This document shows positions 1 to 12,505 of a stretch of 64,000 nt of DNA, one piece after another. Made by a program: the position numbers and the translations under genes. The notes below the pieces were generated by a model. It saw nothing but the letters and a program-made list of their open reading frames with translations, searched no databases and was not told the DNA's origin. The stretch spans positions 10,168,001-10,232,000 of the forward strand of contig NC_042999.1 in NCBI RefSeq assembly GCF_006345805.1. The letters run 5' to 3'. How positions within the stretch are numbered: position 1 is the stretch's first letter; every line of letters starts with the position of its first letter. This DNA is from Octopus sinensis (taxonomy: Eukaryota).

Positions 1-560
1 AGATTTATTAGAATTTCTTATTTCTTCAGGCCTTTCGTGATTTGGTCAGACAGCAGTCTTTCAATTAAGACTCGTGACAAACTGCCCTCTTCATCTGATT
101 CCTCATTCCCTTCCTGCCTTATATTCAGGTCATTTTCCGTTCATCGCGCTTATTTCACGATCTGTGAGTCTATTGTTTCTAAAGATATCCTGCCTAGCAT
201 TTGCCAACTTGTTTTCAATCCATAAGGGCCTGCTGTTTTGTTCTCGTGTTCACCATATTTCGTAAGAGTTTGCGGTGTGTCCCTCTTAAGATGGCTGATG
301 ATCTCCCTGTTATTATCTCCCTTTGTATACCCAGTGTGAATGCACGGTTCCGTTGCTTCTGTAGGATTTCTGTTTTCAATATACCCAACAACCCAAGTTG
401 GTACATCTTCGAGCTGATGGATGCTGTTTTGATTCGTTCGCAGATGCTTGATCCTTTGAGAAGTCGAAGCAGTAACTTTTGTCGAGTTTCCTACATCTTT
501 TGCGAAGTTGTTATATAATTGCAGACAAACTGTTAAACTGTAAATTCCTGATGCGAGAAC
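1..560 (-). mobile_element. Degenerate N-terminal (pre-RT) region of an RLE-type non-LTR retrotransposon, running off the window start
   Basis: A broken minus-strand frame reads NSYEIW*TREQNSRPLWIENKLANARQDIFRNNRLTDREI, resembling the N-terminal 'IW...KLAN.R..I.KN.RLT..EI' segment of R4-like elements. Stops and frameshifts present; recognised from memory only. Confidence 0.4.
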
Positions 561-629
561 TCGAAGAAGGTAATGTTGGCACGTGGAGTAACTTCCTATT
601 CTACTTTCCTTCTAGTATGCCAAAGCTTA

Positions 630-634
630 GACAC

Positions 635-719
<85 letters not shown>
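630..719. repeat. (CA)n microsatellite
   Basis: Direct reading. Confidence 0.98.
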
Positions 720-720
<1 letters not shown>

Positions 721-1556
721 TATATCATATGTTCTATTTGTCATGACATATCGTTCTTGTCGACGATCCAAAACCTATTTTGCGGAGGCGTTCGCAACAG
801 TTCATATCACTCTTTCTCGTTCTCTCACTTTCTCTCATAATGTTTTTTTTTTGTTTTTTTTTTCAATTTTTCCAGTTTAGTAGGTAAAATCTGGTTGCTG
901 GAAGGTCACATTTATAAGAAGCAATCAAACTCTCCAAGATGTCTGCTATGTCAGGCTCACTGCTTGATCTCTAATATCTCACAATACTCGAAATCCATTC
1001 GCGGAGAGTCAGCAATTTCTTGAGAGATCTACAAGAATTCTCAACAAATGATTTACGTTTTATGAATATTTCTGGAGAAATATACATTAAAAGACATAAG
1101 AATCGTCAGGTGAGAAACGTGTTCAGTGTCTAGAATTGGTTCCCTGTTTGGGGAAAGGTAGCGAATTGTGTCGGGGATTGTCCTTCCGTAACGAAAGGTA
1201 TGGGAGTTTGTGTTACGTCATTCTCCCAGTTATATACGACGTTTACGGTTTGTTGAAGTATAAAATATAATCTCGCTATTGTTTATCTTGATCTCGAATA
1301 TCATTTGAAAGCCAGCTGCGCAGCTGTTTGAGTGAGGCTCATTGTGTATTTGTTTAACAATACAAGGAATGACATGAAAGCAGTGAAGGCAGCTTGTGCT
1401 ACTTCCTTTATTATGACGAAGTTCTTGAATAAGATTCTGTTCGCCGCCACATGTTAACAATGGCTAGAGTTCAGTTCGTTTAGCATCTCTCAGCAGTTCA
1501 TCTGTTGTGCTGAGGTAAACTTTTTAGTGTAGCGGCATTGGATTACATTGGATTAA

Positions 1557-1787
1557 GGCGGCGAGCTGGCAGAAACGTTCGCGCTCCGGGCGAAATGCTT
1601 AGCGGTATTTCGTCTGTCGTTACGTTCTGAGTTCAAATCCCGCCGTGGTCATCTTTGCCTTTCATCCTTTCGGGGTCGATAAATTAAGGACCGGTTACGC
1701 ACTGGGGTCGATGTAATCGACTTAATCCGTTTGTCTGTCCTTGTTTGTCCTCTCTGTCTTTAGCCCCTTGTGGTTGGTAAAAAAATA
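1557..1787 (+). mobile_element. tRNA-derived SINE, family A (head GGCGGCGAGCTGGCAGAA; core resembling the Meta/MESC domain)
   Basis: A-box-like TGGCAGAAACG, B-box GAGTTCAAATCC, core GCCTTTCATCCTTTCGGGGTCGATAAA. Flanked by the direct repeat GGCATTGGATTAC. Many copies in the window. Confidence 0.9.
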
Positions 1788-1902
1788 GGCATTGGATTAC
1801 CTCGAGCTCTGCTGTTAGTTTGGCGACCACAACTGAGAACAGCCGCCCAGACGAGTAAAAACAAATGTTTTCCACAATACCATAAACACATACACATATG
1901 TA

Positions 1903-2110
1903 TCATCATCATCATCATCAGCATCATCATCAATGAACAGCCCTTTCCTATGCTGGTAGAGGTTGGACTCTTTGATAGGGACCAACGAATCTAAAGACCA
2001 TATCGTCCTCCAGTGTCAGCTTTGGCATGGATCCGATGGCTGGATGCCCTTCCCATCGCCAGTCAGTTTATAAGGTGTACTGGGGTCATTTTTTCATGCC
2101 ACCAGCACTA
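1903..2110 (-). mobile_element. Retroelement 3' end with (GAT)n tail (RTE-like LINE or SINE tail); related copies at about 54068-54200 and 61082-61230
   Basis: Three copies share (CAT)n followed by ..TTTCC..GCT....GGTT.. and GGCTGGATGCCCTTCC. The clade assignment is inference. Confidence 0.5.
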
Positions 2111-2458
2111 GAGACGTTGCCAGATAACTTCAGAACAGAAAAGGAACAACAAAGGGAAAGAATCCCCACGAATAAGTCGGGGGCGGATTTAAGAGGGCGG
2201 CGGGGTGGGGTCGAGATGGTTTGATGCCAGTTGTTGGAGGTTCAAGTACGACAGATGGGGGATAAGCACTAGTGTCTTGCTATAAAGGGGATACATAGCT
2301 ACCCCGAAACGAATAAGGGTAGGTGGGGGGTAGCGAGGAAGAAAGGAGCAAGACAGGATATGGGCAGTGGATAAGGAGGGGTAAAAAGGGGTGGCGAATT
2401 ATAAGAGTGTGAGGGGAGGGTAACAGAGATGGGGATGTATGTATGTATCTGAGTGTGT

Positions 2459-2489
<31 letters not shown>

Positions 2490-2939
2490 CGTATATTTAT
2501 ATATTTATGGATGTACAAGCAAATAAATGAATGCGATATGCCTGTACCCAAGTGCAGACGTACTTTCACAAAGCAAAGTACGAAAGTTTCTGAAGAGTGG
2601 CTCGCTGATGGAGATGGGCGGTTTTCGTTGCTAATTTTAGCTGTTGATGTTGTTGTTGTTGTTGCTATTTCTAAATGTGTCGGGCGTTTCAGAGTGTAAT
2701 ACCGGTGAAAGTTACAAGATGGCTTCCAGCTGCGCCTACAGGGAAGGGAGATAAGCGAGGAGTAGAAAACAAAAAACGAGGGGTCGAAGACAAAAGCCGG
2801 AACGGCAGCGGTGCAGTGGGAGGGGGAAGGTGTAAGTATTGATAGAGAAGGAAACATAAAGGGAGGGGGAGATGAAAAGAGTAACACCAGAGCGTTGAGA
2901 AGAGAGCGCTGGATCGCGCGCGCGCGCACACACACAAGT

Positions 2940-3077
2940 AGTGTGCTTCCTAAACCACATGGTTCCGTGTTCAGTCCCACTGTTTGGCGCCTTGGGCAGG
3001 TGATTTCTACTGTAGCCCCAGGCTGACCAGAGCCCTGCGATTGGATATGGAGACACGGAAACTGAAAGATGCCTGTC

Positions 3078-3080
<3 letters not shown>
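2940..3080 (+). mobile_element. SINE family B, 5' part, running into a long (TA)n/(TACA)n array (3079-3405)
   Basis: AACCACATGGTTCCG..TTCAGTCCCACTG...CCTTGGGCA...ACGGAAACTGAAAGA.GCCTGTCGTATATA matches the full-length copy at 43289. Confidence 0.8.
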
Positions 3081-3138
<58 letters not shown>

Positions 3139-3307
3139 CATATATATATAATATATATATATGTGTGTATATATATACATATATATATATATACATATAT
3201 ATATATACATATATATATATATACATATGTATATATATACATATATATATATATATACATATATAATATATATATATATACATATATAATATATATATAT
3301 ATACATA

Positions 3308-3362
<55 letters not shown>

Positions 3363-3526
3363 ATATATATATATATATGTATGTATGCATGCATGTATGT
3401 ATGTAAGCTTCGTGCAATGGCCATATTCGATAACGAGGGTGCAGCCATAATGTACGTATTGTATTTATGTGAATGTGTCGTTGTTCCCCCACCAGGAACT
3501 TTTCAGTCCCACCACCACCACCACCA

Positions 3527-3564
3527 TGGATGGACGGACGGACGGACGGACGGACGGACGGACG

Positions 3565-3595
<31 letters not shown>

Positions 3596-3600
3596 AGGTG

Positions 3601-3694
<94 letters not shown>
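3527..3694. repeat. Compound (GGAC)n(AGAC)n(GATA)n microsatellite
   Basis: Direct reading. Confidence 0.97.
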
Positions 3695-4164
3695 GTTTTG
3701 TTTTCCCGTTTGCATCACCAAACCTATATAAATACAATAGATACACGGCATCCAATGAAATATCTTGAAATGGCATCCATTTCTTCCAAGAGAAATTCTA
3801 TCGATTCTCTTCTGGAATTGTCCAACCCCGAATATTTATGACCGTTCGTGTGAGAGAGAGAAAGTGGGAAAAGAATCCGATAACTCTTAAACGCCTTTGA
3901 TGTTTGAATTATTATTAATGAGAAGGATGTCTCCAGTGGGCCACGGAGATGACAAATATTAGTTCACCGGTTTGTGAGTTTGATCAGCAACTCATCGATC
4001 TCTCTGTTTAAAACGCTTTTCTGCAGCTCTCAATTCCCCCACCCACCACACGTTCCTTACATATATTTTTCAATTCTAAAAAGCTCAAGTTGATATCAAA
4101 TGTACTTCAACTTCACCAGACTGGACGGTCCCGAAATTGAAAATTATTAACACTAGAATATTGT

Positions 4165-4360
4165 TATTTTTTAGCCCCAGGTCAGTCTTGATCTACAATC
4201 AAAAGCCTTCCAGGCGTGGACATCTCGCCTTTCTTTTCCAGACAACATACCCAAGACTACATTTTCTGAAGATCTTTTTTAAGACTGTAAGATGCATGAA
4301 TTGAGGGCGATTTGACGACTATTTTTAACAGGTCGAGCGAAAAGTAGAGACCTTCCTCGT
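4165..4360 (+). repeat. Old unclassified ~190-bp interspersed repeat; further copies near 5730-5860, 31090-31300, 32605-32815, 47170-47350, 51330-51520, 55465-55650
   Basis: Shared motifs CCCCAGGTC..., TGATCAAA..., TTCCA.C..TGACCATC and GAGGGAGATTTG.CTGCTATTTCTA.CAG recur across the copies with heavy divergence. Confidence 0.55.
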
Positions 4361-6699
4361 AATCTCGTACAAATAGGCTGTTTGATTAAATATAAATATA
4401 CATTTTGCCTTCCTATCGAGGATCGATATCTGCCACAACAGCTTTCCTCTGTATTCAGAGAAAGAAAGATGGGTTGGGCGGGGGGAAGGGGAGACCGGAA
4501 ATTATCCCAAGCTGATTGTATAATTCCATATTTCCTTGAACTTTACTAAATTAAGGATATTTTATTGGAATTGGTTTCTTAGATTTCCAAGTAAAATCAA
4601 GTTAATATCTCTCCTGGATTACACCAACCTTCCAGAAGGAATTGCAAAATTGCTCCAACGTCTCTCTTCGAGTTAAACGTTCGAACACACTAAACATCAT
4701 TATTGTCTTCAATTATCTCAGAAATCATTCTGCCGCATTTTAAGTAGAGCTTACTCACTCACTCTAATTCCTTCCTCCAAACACCCCCCACTCTCTCCAA
4801 CTCACTCTCTCTCACACACACACACACTCTCTCTCTCTCTCACACTCTCTCTCTCTCGTTCTTGCCGTTTTGCTTTTCCTCCGCCTTTCCCTCCTATTCT
4901 CTTTATATCAATCCATCCTGGTTTCCAGCCAGCCACCCAACCGTCCGGCATGCCAGCCATTTATCCATCCGTCAATATGTTCCCCGCCATTTTTCTTTAT
5001 TTCCCTCTCTGATACATGTCTATAAGTATGTGCTTGCGAATGCCCGTGTACGTATATGCATGTGTACGTATATGTATATACGTGTGCCCCTATCTGTGTA
5101 TGTGTGACTTGTAAAACAGCTTGTTTACTTCTATATATACATACATACATACATACATACATACATACATACATACATACATACATACATACATACATAC
5201 ATGCATGCATACATACATACTTACATACATACATACATAATGCATACATGCATACATACACATACACACATACATGCATACCTAGAAACATGCATACATA
5301 CATATACATACATACTTACATACATACATAAAGACAATATATATATATCCATGTGTATAAATGTTTGTGTGTATACTCGTTTGATTGTTTGACCATGTAA
5401 CCATTCATGCGTACCTGAACGCATGACTGAGATGGAAGAGTAATTTCGTTGCTGGCCAGATTCTGGCTTCCGCATTAGAATAAAACGAAAGGAATTTTAT
5501 AGTTTAGCATTTAACGTGATTAATTTCACAGAAAACCGAAGCGCAGTTTTATCTGTCGCTCTAAATCTCAAACATAATTGTAGATAACCAGAAACTCCTG
5601 TTTCAGAACGTATCCCAGAAACGCCGAACACAGACGAAGGAAGCTACGCCATTTAGACTTAACAATCGATCAAGGGTTTTGAATTATTCTTGCTTGTTGT
5701 TGTTGTTGTTGTTGTCTTTGCTGTTGTTAATTGGTCTCAGATCAGCGTTAATTGGGCTAACGTTATGATCAAATGCAGTCCAGCGTTGTTCTAAGTTTGG
5801 CGACAGTGATTTGGAGGGAAGTGGCTTCTATTTCTGGCAAGTCAGTTGAGGTTCCCTGACAGTGGTCATGTTTATTTATTATGAATTCATCCTTAAGGGG
5901 TTTGGAGTAATTAAGCCAATAAGAAAGCCGAGCGGCACTCATTACTGTATCTCTTGTTTACTCTGTTGGATCTGAGGGGAAGACAGCGCCCATCCCCTTC
6001 GCAGGGCCCGTCCCCAAACCGATGAGATTGAGGCCATTAAAGCTCTGGTGTAAACTACAGGGAGAGGGTTATAGATAATCGATATTATGGCGAGGAAGAA
6101 CTGGGGAGAGTGGTTAGTGCGGGACCTGATAGAGTGGACAGGAAATGGATGATAAGGAGGGGAGAGTGAAGGGAATCGTGAGTGCCCGAGGGGAAGGGGA
6201 AAAAGATCGATCCACTCCGAGGATCAGAGGCCATAAAGTAGAGGTAGAAAAAACAAGAGCAGGAGGCTACAAGTCGGCCACTGGTTGGATAGTAACATGA
6301 TTCCAATATTGGTTGACTGGCCCGTCCCTGGATGAGTGCGCAGCTGCAACAGCGCCACCTTAGCTCTGGGAACAAATACTCAGAAACACTATCAACACGG
6401 TCAAGAGACTTAACTCTCTCTCTCTACCGGAACACTTGCCTTTAAACAGCGGCAGCACTATCAAACCGATGAGTGTTTTGACAGCTTGCAGCTCCAACTT
6501 CAAAATCTTGCTGTGGCTGTGGCTTAGATAGTGTGAGTTCCGCTAAAATGGATGAACATTGATAACCTCTCGAAGAGGAAATTTTCAATGGTGCCACTAT
6601 GACAGAATGGAAAATGGGACTTCTTGCATTCAGAGTCAACGAATTACAATTCCTTTCAAGGTTAAAAATAGCAACCAGAAAACAAAGTCTTTAGTGACT

Positions 6700-6990
6700 G
6701 AAACTCCGACGGATACGACGAGGAACGTTCCAGTTGATCCGATCAAAGGAGCAGCCTTTTCGTGAAATTAAGGTACAAGTGACTGAGTGGCTCCACAGAC
6801 GTAGTTCTCAGGGAGACTCAGCGTGGCGCTGAATGTGACAAGGCTGGCCCCTTTCAATTACAGGGACTGCTCCTTTTTTTACCAGCTGAGTGGACTGCAA
6901 CAATGCTCAAGTACACGTCACGTTGTCGAGTATGGAACTCACGACCTTACGAACCGATTATCCTAACTACTTAGCCACGCGCCTTCACAT
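6700..6990 (-). mobile_element. SINE family D (head GAAGGCGCGTGGC..AGT.GTTAGG), degenerate
   Basis: Reverse complement aligns with 36419-36745 and with the 3' half of 39487-39858. Confidence 0.75.
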
Positions 6991-7479
6991 AAAGTCTTAA
7001 GTGACGCCTAAATGTACTCTCTGTGTGTCACAATGGATAATGGCAATCGCCATCACTCGTCGATGTTTAATTGAGAAAGATTAAAGGAGTCAGCAAAGCA
7101 TTGATGTGGATGAATTCCGACACCACCCACCCCCAACCCCCCAAGTGACTAAAGGTGGACTCATTGCTAGTGAGTGATTAGTTGTTCGGATTAGCAAGCA
7201 GTTCACTGTGAGCCGGTGAGTGAGTCTCGTGTAATAGTGATGGTATAGCGTCGTGTAAATACGTTCTTCCTCCTAACCCTCCCACTCCGCCTGCTTCCTT
7301 AAATTATATATCCAATGCCAGGATATAAAAGCGGCGACGAGTTGTTCGAATCTTGCGTTGGGCATTTAATTTTTTTTTTAGTACGAAACCAAAGGAAAAA
7401 TCGTTTTAACATGGAAGATTTATTAACCTCCGGGGTGCAGTTACAACAGCAACAGCAGCAACTATAACAGCAGCAGCAA

Positions 7480-7867
7480 GTGGAGGCGCAATGGCCCAGT
7501 GGTTTTGGGTCGGAGGATCGCGGTTTCGATTCCCAGACTGGGCGTCGTGTGTGTTTATTGAACAAAAACACCTAAGAGCTCCACGAGGCTCCGGCAGGGG
7601 GTGGGTTGCGACCCCTGTTGTACTCTTTCGCTCCAACTTTCTCTCACTCTTTCTTCCTGTTCCTTGTCCCCGACTTCCCACGCAACCGCTGAGCCTGGAT
7701 GCGCATTCATCCATCCGTCGATGCTCTCGGTGTCGGGGGTTGACCTGATTTCTCTTCTGCGGGTCTTACGAATAGCAAAGGACCACGTTTCGGACTTCTC
7801 CCACTACAGAGGGGCAATCTTGCGAGCTCTGGGACGAAGACCGCTTCGCTCAACAAACAAACAAACA
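7480..7867 (+). mobile_element. SINE family C (head GTGGAGGCGCAATGGCCCAGTGG, (CAAA)n tail)
   Basis: A box TGGCCCAGTGG, B box GGTTTCGATTCCC; collinear with the reverse copy at 49043-49421. Confidence 0.88.
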
Positions 7868-8344
7868 AAGCAGCAAATACAACAGCAACAACAAAATCAA
7901 AAGTTGCTTGAATTAATGTTAAAGAAGTCTGAAAATAGCTGCTATTTTTAGCAGTTTGAGTGACTGTATAGAATCTCCTTTTTTGGTTCACTTTCCAATT
8001 ACGTGTTTGCTTGGTTAGGAGCTGGTCAAAAGGGGTGCACAATATCTGTTCTTTAGTTCAAAATCTACCCCGATGGAAAATAAGCACCAGACCGGGTGGA
8101 TGTTTGACTTGGCAAATTTGATGGCCACCTCGACACGGAGTTTCCATTTCGCCAGAACAGTTTCTAAGAAAAACAACCCGAAACAGATAGAATCTTATGT
8201 AGAACGATCAGACCAACCCACACAATGGTAGAGTAAGGAACAACTTGAGACCCAATGGAAACGGTTAAATGGTTTCGAGAGAGCAAGATAGGAACTGAGA
8301 CTGCTGAAGAAACCAGAGATATCAAAGTTATTGCGTTGTACACG

Positions 8345-8400
<56 letters not shown>

Positions 8401-9419
8401 TCGTTTCATTTTAATAGCACAAGATATGCGCATAAATACACATAGATATATGCATAGATACGCATAGATAAATATACACGCTCACATACGCCAACATTAT
8501 GTCTCGATATGTGAAAGCAGGTGTCTATAAGCATGGGTGTATGTATTCGTGCGTGCTCATGTTTGTGCGTATAATTGTGTGTGTGCGCGCGCGGCTGTGT
8601 GTGTGTAAACATGAATGTTTGTATGCATACATGTATGGATGTATGTTTATGTGTATGTGTCAATGTGTGAGTGTGTGTGTGTAAGTAAGAATGTCTATAT
8701 GCATACATGTATGGTTGTATGTATGTATGTTTATATGTATGTTTGAATGTGTGTGTGTAGGTGTATGTGTGTGTGTAAGCAAGAATGTTTGTATGCATGG
8801 CTATGAAGAGGGAGGAGAGTGGTACAGGCTTCTGCATAGTTTCCGACTATCACAGTCTCACAAAGTTTAGTCATTCCGATACTATGGCAGAAGGCATTTA
8901 GCAAAGTGTTGCGATGGTTCGAAACTGGAGCTGGGTGGTTGAGAAGCAAACTTGTTACTCACCAAACCACCACCTTCCACCACCTCCTCCCACCACCTCC
9001 TCCCACCACCTCCACCAGCATCAAGCAACCACTTCATCAGCTCCGCATCTACTGCTAAAGTTATTTAATCTCTCTGACACTCTCAACTAAGTGTTTCTCT
9101 ATACACAACTTCGAGTTACCTTTATATATTTATGAGCTTCTCTGACATATTTACAAAATGTAAATAAATTCAAAACTCTCAAAGCAAACAGCTTGAAACA
9201 CGACACTCTCCGTTTCCCTGAAACTAATACCACATTCCTGACAACTGGCCACTGGATTTCTCAGAATAACATATTTCCAGTTTCCACTGAAAAGTAAACA
9301 CCTCACTCGGCCTCATTTATTTTCTTGCCAAAATAGTTATTCCGATATTTTATATTAAACCCAAATTCTTTATCGTGTAATGTTGGTTTCAAATTTTGCC
9401 GCAAGGGCAGCCACTTTGG

Positions 9420-9580
9420 GAGAGCGGATATGAGTCGATTACATCGACCACAGTGTTCAATAAGGTGTTTATTTTATCGAACTCGAAAGGATGAAAGGCA
9501 AAGTCGACTTCGACGGGATTTGAACTCAGAATATAAATCCAGAAGAAATGCCGCTAAGCATCTTGCTCGGCGTTTTAGCC
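9420..9580 (-). mobile_element. SINE family A, degenerate
   Basis: CGAAAGGATGAAAGGCAAAGTCGAC...TTTGAACTCAGAA is the reverse complement of the family A core and head. Confidence 0.8.
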
Positions 9581-9585
9581 GAGTA

Positions 9586-9802
9586 CAGTGAACCCTCGCC
9601 ATATCGCGGATCGCCTATCGCGGTTTATTATTCAAGCTTACGTCGATTCATCTGTGGTGTTGTTTTGCATGTATAATAAAATAAATATACACAAATTATA
9701 AAAATAATAACAAAAAATATACAGCACAGTACTGTTTCTATTTCCCCTTTCGCGGGGGTTTGGAGTTGGAAGGTAACACCCGCGATAGTCGAGGAATTAT
9801 TG
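9586..9802. mobile_element. MITE of Tc1/mariner-pogo type
   Basis: Imperfect TIRs CAGTGAACCCTCGCCATATCGCGG ... CCGCGATAGTCGAGGAATTATTG with TA on the left; same family as 43140-43799. Confidence 0.7.
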
Positions 9803-10101
9803 TTTATTTTTGTCACAATGGGTAACACCAGAAATTAGGGCATACATTCAAAATTATAATTCAAAGTTTACCAGAATTTCTTGGTGTTTATGCAAAATAA
9901 TAAAATGAGTACAAATTTTCAGACAGAATATATTTATTGCCTTAAAATAATCATTTGTATATTTGCAATAAATATGTTATTATTTTATACCAATATCTTT
10001 TTAAGCCATGTTGGTAGTTGAGTGCTGATGATTATTATTATTATTATATTATTATTATTATATTATTATTATTATTATATTATTATTATTATTATTATGA
10101 A

Positions 10102-10302
10102 GGCGGTGAGCTGGCAGAAACGTTAACACGCCGGGCGAAATGCTTAGCGGTGTTTCGTTTGCTGCTACGTTCTGAGTTCAAATTCCGCCGAGGTCGACAT
10201 TGCCCTTCATCCTTTTGGGATCAATGTAATCGATTGCTCCCACCCCCAACCCCAATCCCACCCCGCCCTAAAATTTCAGGTTTTGTGCCTTTAGTAGGAA
10301 GG
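10102..10302 (+). mobile_element. SINE family A variant flanked by (TAT)n arrays
   Basis: Head GGCGGTGAGCTGGCAGAAACG, B box GAGTTCAAATTCC; internally deleted core. Confidence 0.85.
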
Positions 10303-10312
10303 ATTATTACTA

Positions 10313-10686
10313 TCGCTATACTTCTCAGAACGACCGGTCATGTCTGTTCTGGTAGATTCTGTGAGAGCGGACAGCAGCCTGCTGTCAGAGGAGGTCTCAC
10401 AGGATCCCTTTCCGCACATTATAACCATTGAGACTTGGTTGTTTATTATCGTGGGAGACATTCAACATCCAAATACCAATCTCAAAATCCTAGCTGTCCC
10501 CAACAGAGCAGTTGGGGGGGGGGCTTGGCTCTGCTCTCATGTCCATTCCGGTTTCTCTGACATATTTCCCGAATTTCCTTCCTAGTGCTCCAAGTGCCCC
10601 TACAACTATTACAATGACAGACACTCTCCTCATAGTCCACATTCTTGCTACTTCGTCTTTTAGTAGTCTGTACTTTTCAATCTTAA
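10313..10686 (-). mobile_element. 5'-truncated R4/Dong-clade non-LTR retrotransposon: RLE C-terminus plus 3' UTR, embedded in (TAA)n
   Basis: Translation KIEKYRLLKDEVARMWTMRRVSVIVIVVGALGALGRKFGKY matches the K..KY..L..E...MW...V.V.P.VVGALG RLE tail. (AAT)n abuts the 5' junction and TAGTAATAAT the 3' end. Confidence 0.85.
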
Positions 10687-10717
<31 letters not shown>

Positions 10718-10718
10718 G

Positions 10719-10819
10719 AGTGAGAGAGCAGTGCATGCCATCAAAGTGACACTGGGGTAAAATATACGAAGCCCAATATACCCATCATGACTACCCGTCT
10801 GATAAGGGTACACCAGGCA
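10719..10819 (-). mobile_element. Short ~100-bp insertion bracketed by (ATT)n on both sides; probable extreme 3' end of another TAA-associated retroelement
   Basis: Non-repetitive 100 bp directly between two pure ATT arrays. Identity and strand are inferred. Confidence 0.5.
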
Positions 10820-11679
10820 TTATTATTATTATTATTATGTTTTTCCTTCTTTCTTCGAATTTTCTTCCGTTTCTCGCCGAGTGTTTTCCATACACCTAAG
10901 GCAGAGAAGGGCATTATATGCATTCCCAGATTACACGCGCAAATTCACAGATAAAATATGTATTTAAAAATTAATAAATAAATAAATTCATGGATGGATG
11001 TTATTTTCACAACGGTTCCAGTTAATACGATTTTTTGCACTTCCTGTAGGGGTGGTAAGCCTGGAATCATTTATTATTATTATTATTATTATTATTACAT
11101 CAGAGTTGCCTTTTATTCATTCAACGGTTGATAAAATAAAATACCTGTCGGGAGCTGGACTCGATGTAATCGATTAAAGCCCTCGCCTCACAATTACCGG
11201 CCTTGTGCTTCAATTGGAAACAGTTAATATTGTTGTTTTTTGTTTTTGTTGTTACGGTTGTAGGACGGAAGAATTGGCTGGAGCGCCAAATTAAATTCCT
11301 GAACACAAATCGATTCGTTCTTCCAAATCCTGCAACTCAAACCCTGACAAAGTCAACTTCCCCCTTTCGTTTCTCCAAGTTGATATAATAATAAGTCCCC
11401 AGAGATGTGTGTATTTGGGACTAAATCAGTGACTGTAGAACCTAGAAGCAGATAACTCTGTGGGCCCCGTGCCAAACTTTAGAAGCCATTAATACACTTA
11501 AACAATGTCTGTTTCATCTGGAATGCTTCAAGAGCCAACAGAAAGTTAATCTGTGTTAAATGTCACGGCTGATGAGAAGGCAATTTAGATCGAATCTAGG
11601 CTCTTAAGAACTACAATACTGTTGTACTTTTGTAATTAGAACACAATGCGCCTTCTCTCGTTCTTTATCTATGTACTGG

Positions 11680-11704
11680 CGTGTGTGAGAGAGAGAGATA
11701 GAAT

Positions 11705-11739
<35 letters not shown>

Positions 11740-12260
11740 TGAGTGAGAGAGAGTGTGTGTGTGTGTGGTTGTGTGTGAGTGAGAGAGAGAGTGTGTGTGT
11801 GTGTGTGTGAGTGAGAGAGAGAGTGTGTGTGTATGCGTGAGTGAGTGAGAGAGTGTGTGTGTGTGTATGGTTGTGTGTATGAGAGAGAGAGTGGTGTTGT
11901 GGTGTGTTGAGTGAGTGGAGAGAGAGTGTGTGTGTGTGAGTGAGAGAGAGAGAGAGAGTGTGTGTGTGTGTGTGTGTATGGTTGTGTGTATGAGAGAGAG
12001 AATGAGTGTGTGTGAGTGTGGGTGTGTGAGTGAGAGTGAGAGAGAGAGTGTGTGTGTGTGTGTGTGTGTATGGTTGTGTGTATGAGAGAGAGAGAGTGTG
12101 TGTGTGTGGTTGTGTGTGAGTGAGAGAGAGAGTGTGTGTGTGTGAGTGAGATAGAGAGAGTGTGTGTGTGTGTGTGTATAGTTGTGTGTACGAGAGAGAG
12201 TGTGTGGTTGTGTGTATAAGAGAGTGTGTGGTTGTATGCGAGTGTGCGTGTGTGTGTGTA
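11680..12260. repeat. Complex (GT)n/(GA)n satellite-like array
   Basis: Direct reading; recurring GTATGGTTGTGTG and GAGAGAGAGT subunits. Confidence 0.95.
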
Positions 12261-12447
12261 TGTCAGTCTGTCTCTGTCAAAATGTTTTTTTTCCTGTCAA
12301 GTTTATACATAAAAACCATTGAGCATTAAATTGAAGAATTTCTCAATACTTTTTAGTATAGTACATATTTAACTTCGAAGTCCCTGTCAACATTTTTCAC
12401 GTAAAAATTATATATGAATGTATGTATGCATGTGTATACAAACACTA

Positions 12448-12505
<58 letters not shown>

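Noticed and set aside
900-1520. Unique-looking stretch with a 76-aa ORF containing Cys/His
   Set aside because: No recognisable motif or splice signals; probably old repeat debris.
2399-3492. 349-aa and overlapping YI/HT/CV-rich ORFs, and all similar ORFs across the window
   Set aside because: Translations of (TA)n, (CA)n and (TACA)n microsatellites, which lack stops in several frames.
7480-7550. tRNA-like sequences with A and B boxes (also in other SINE heads)
   Set aside because: No intact cloverleaf; they continue into SINE bodies with tails and TSDs.
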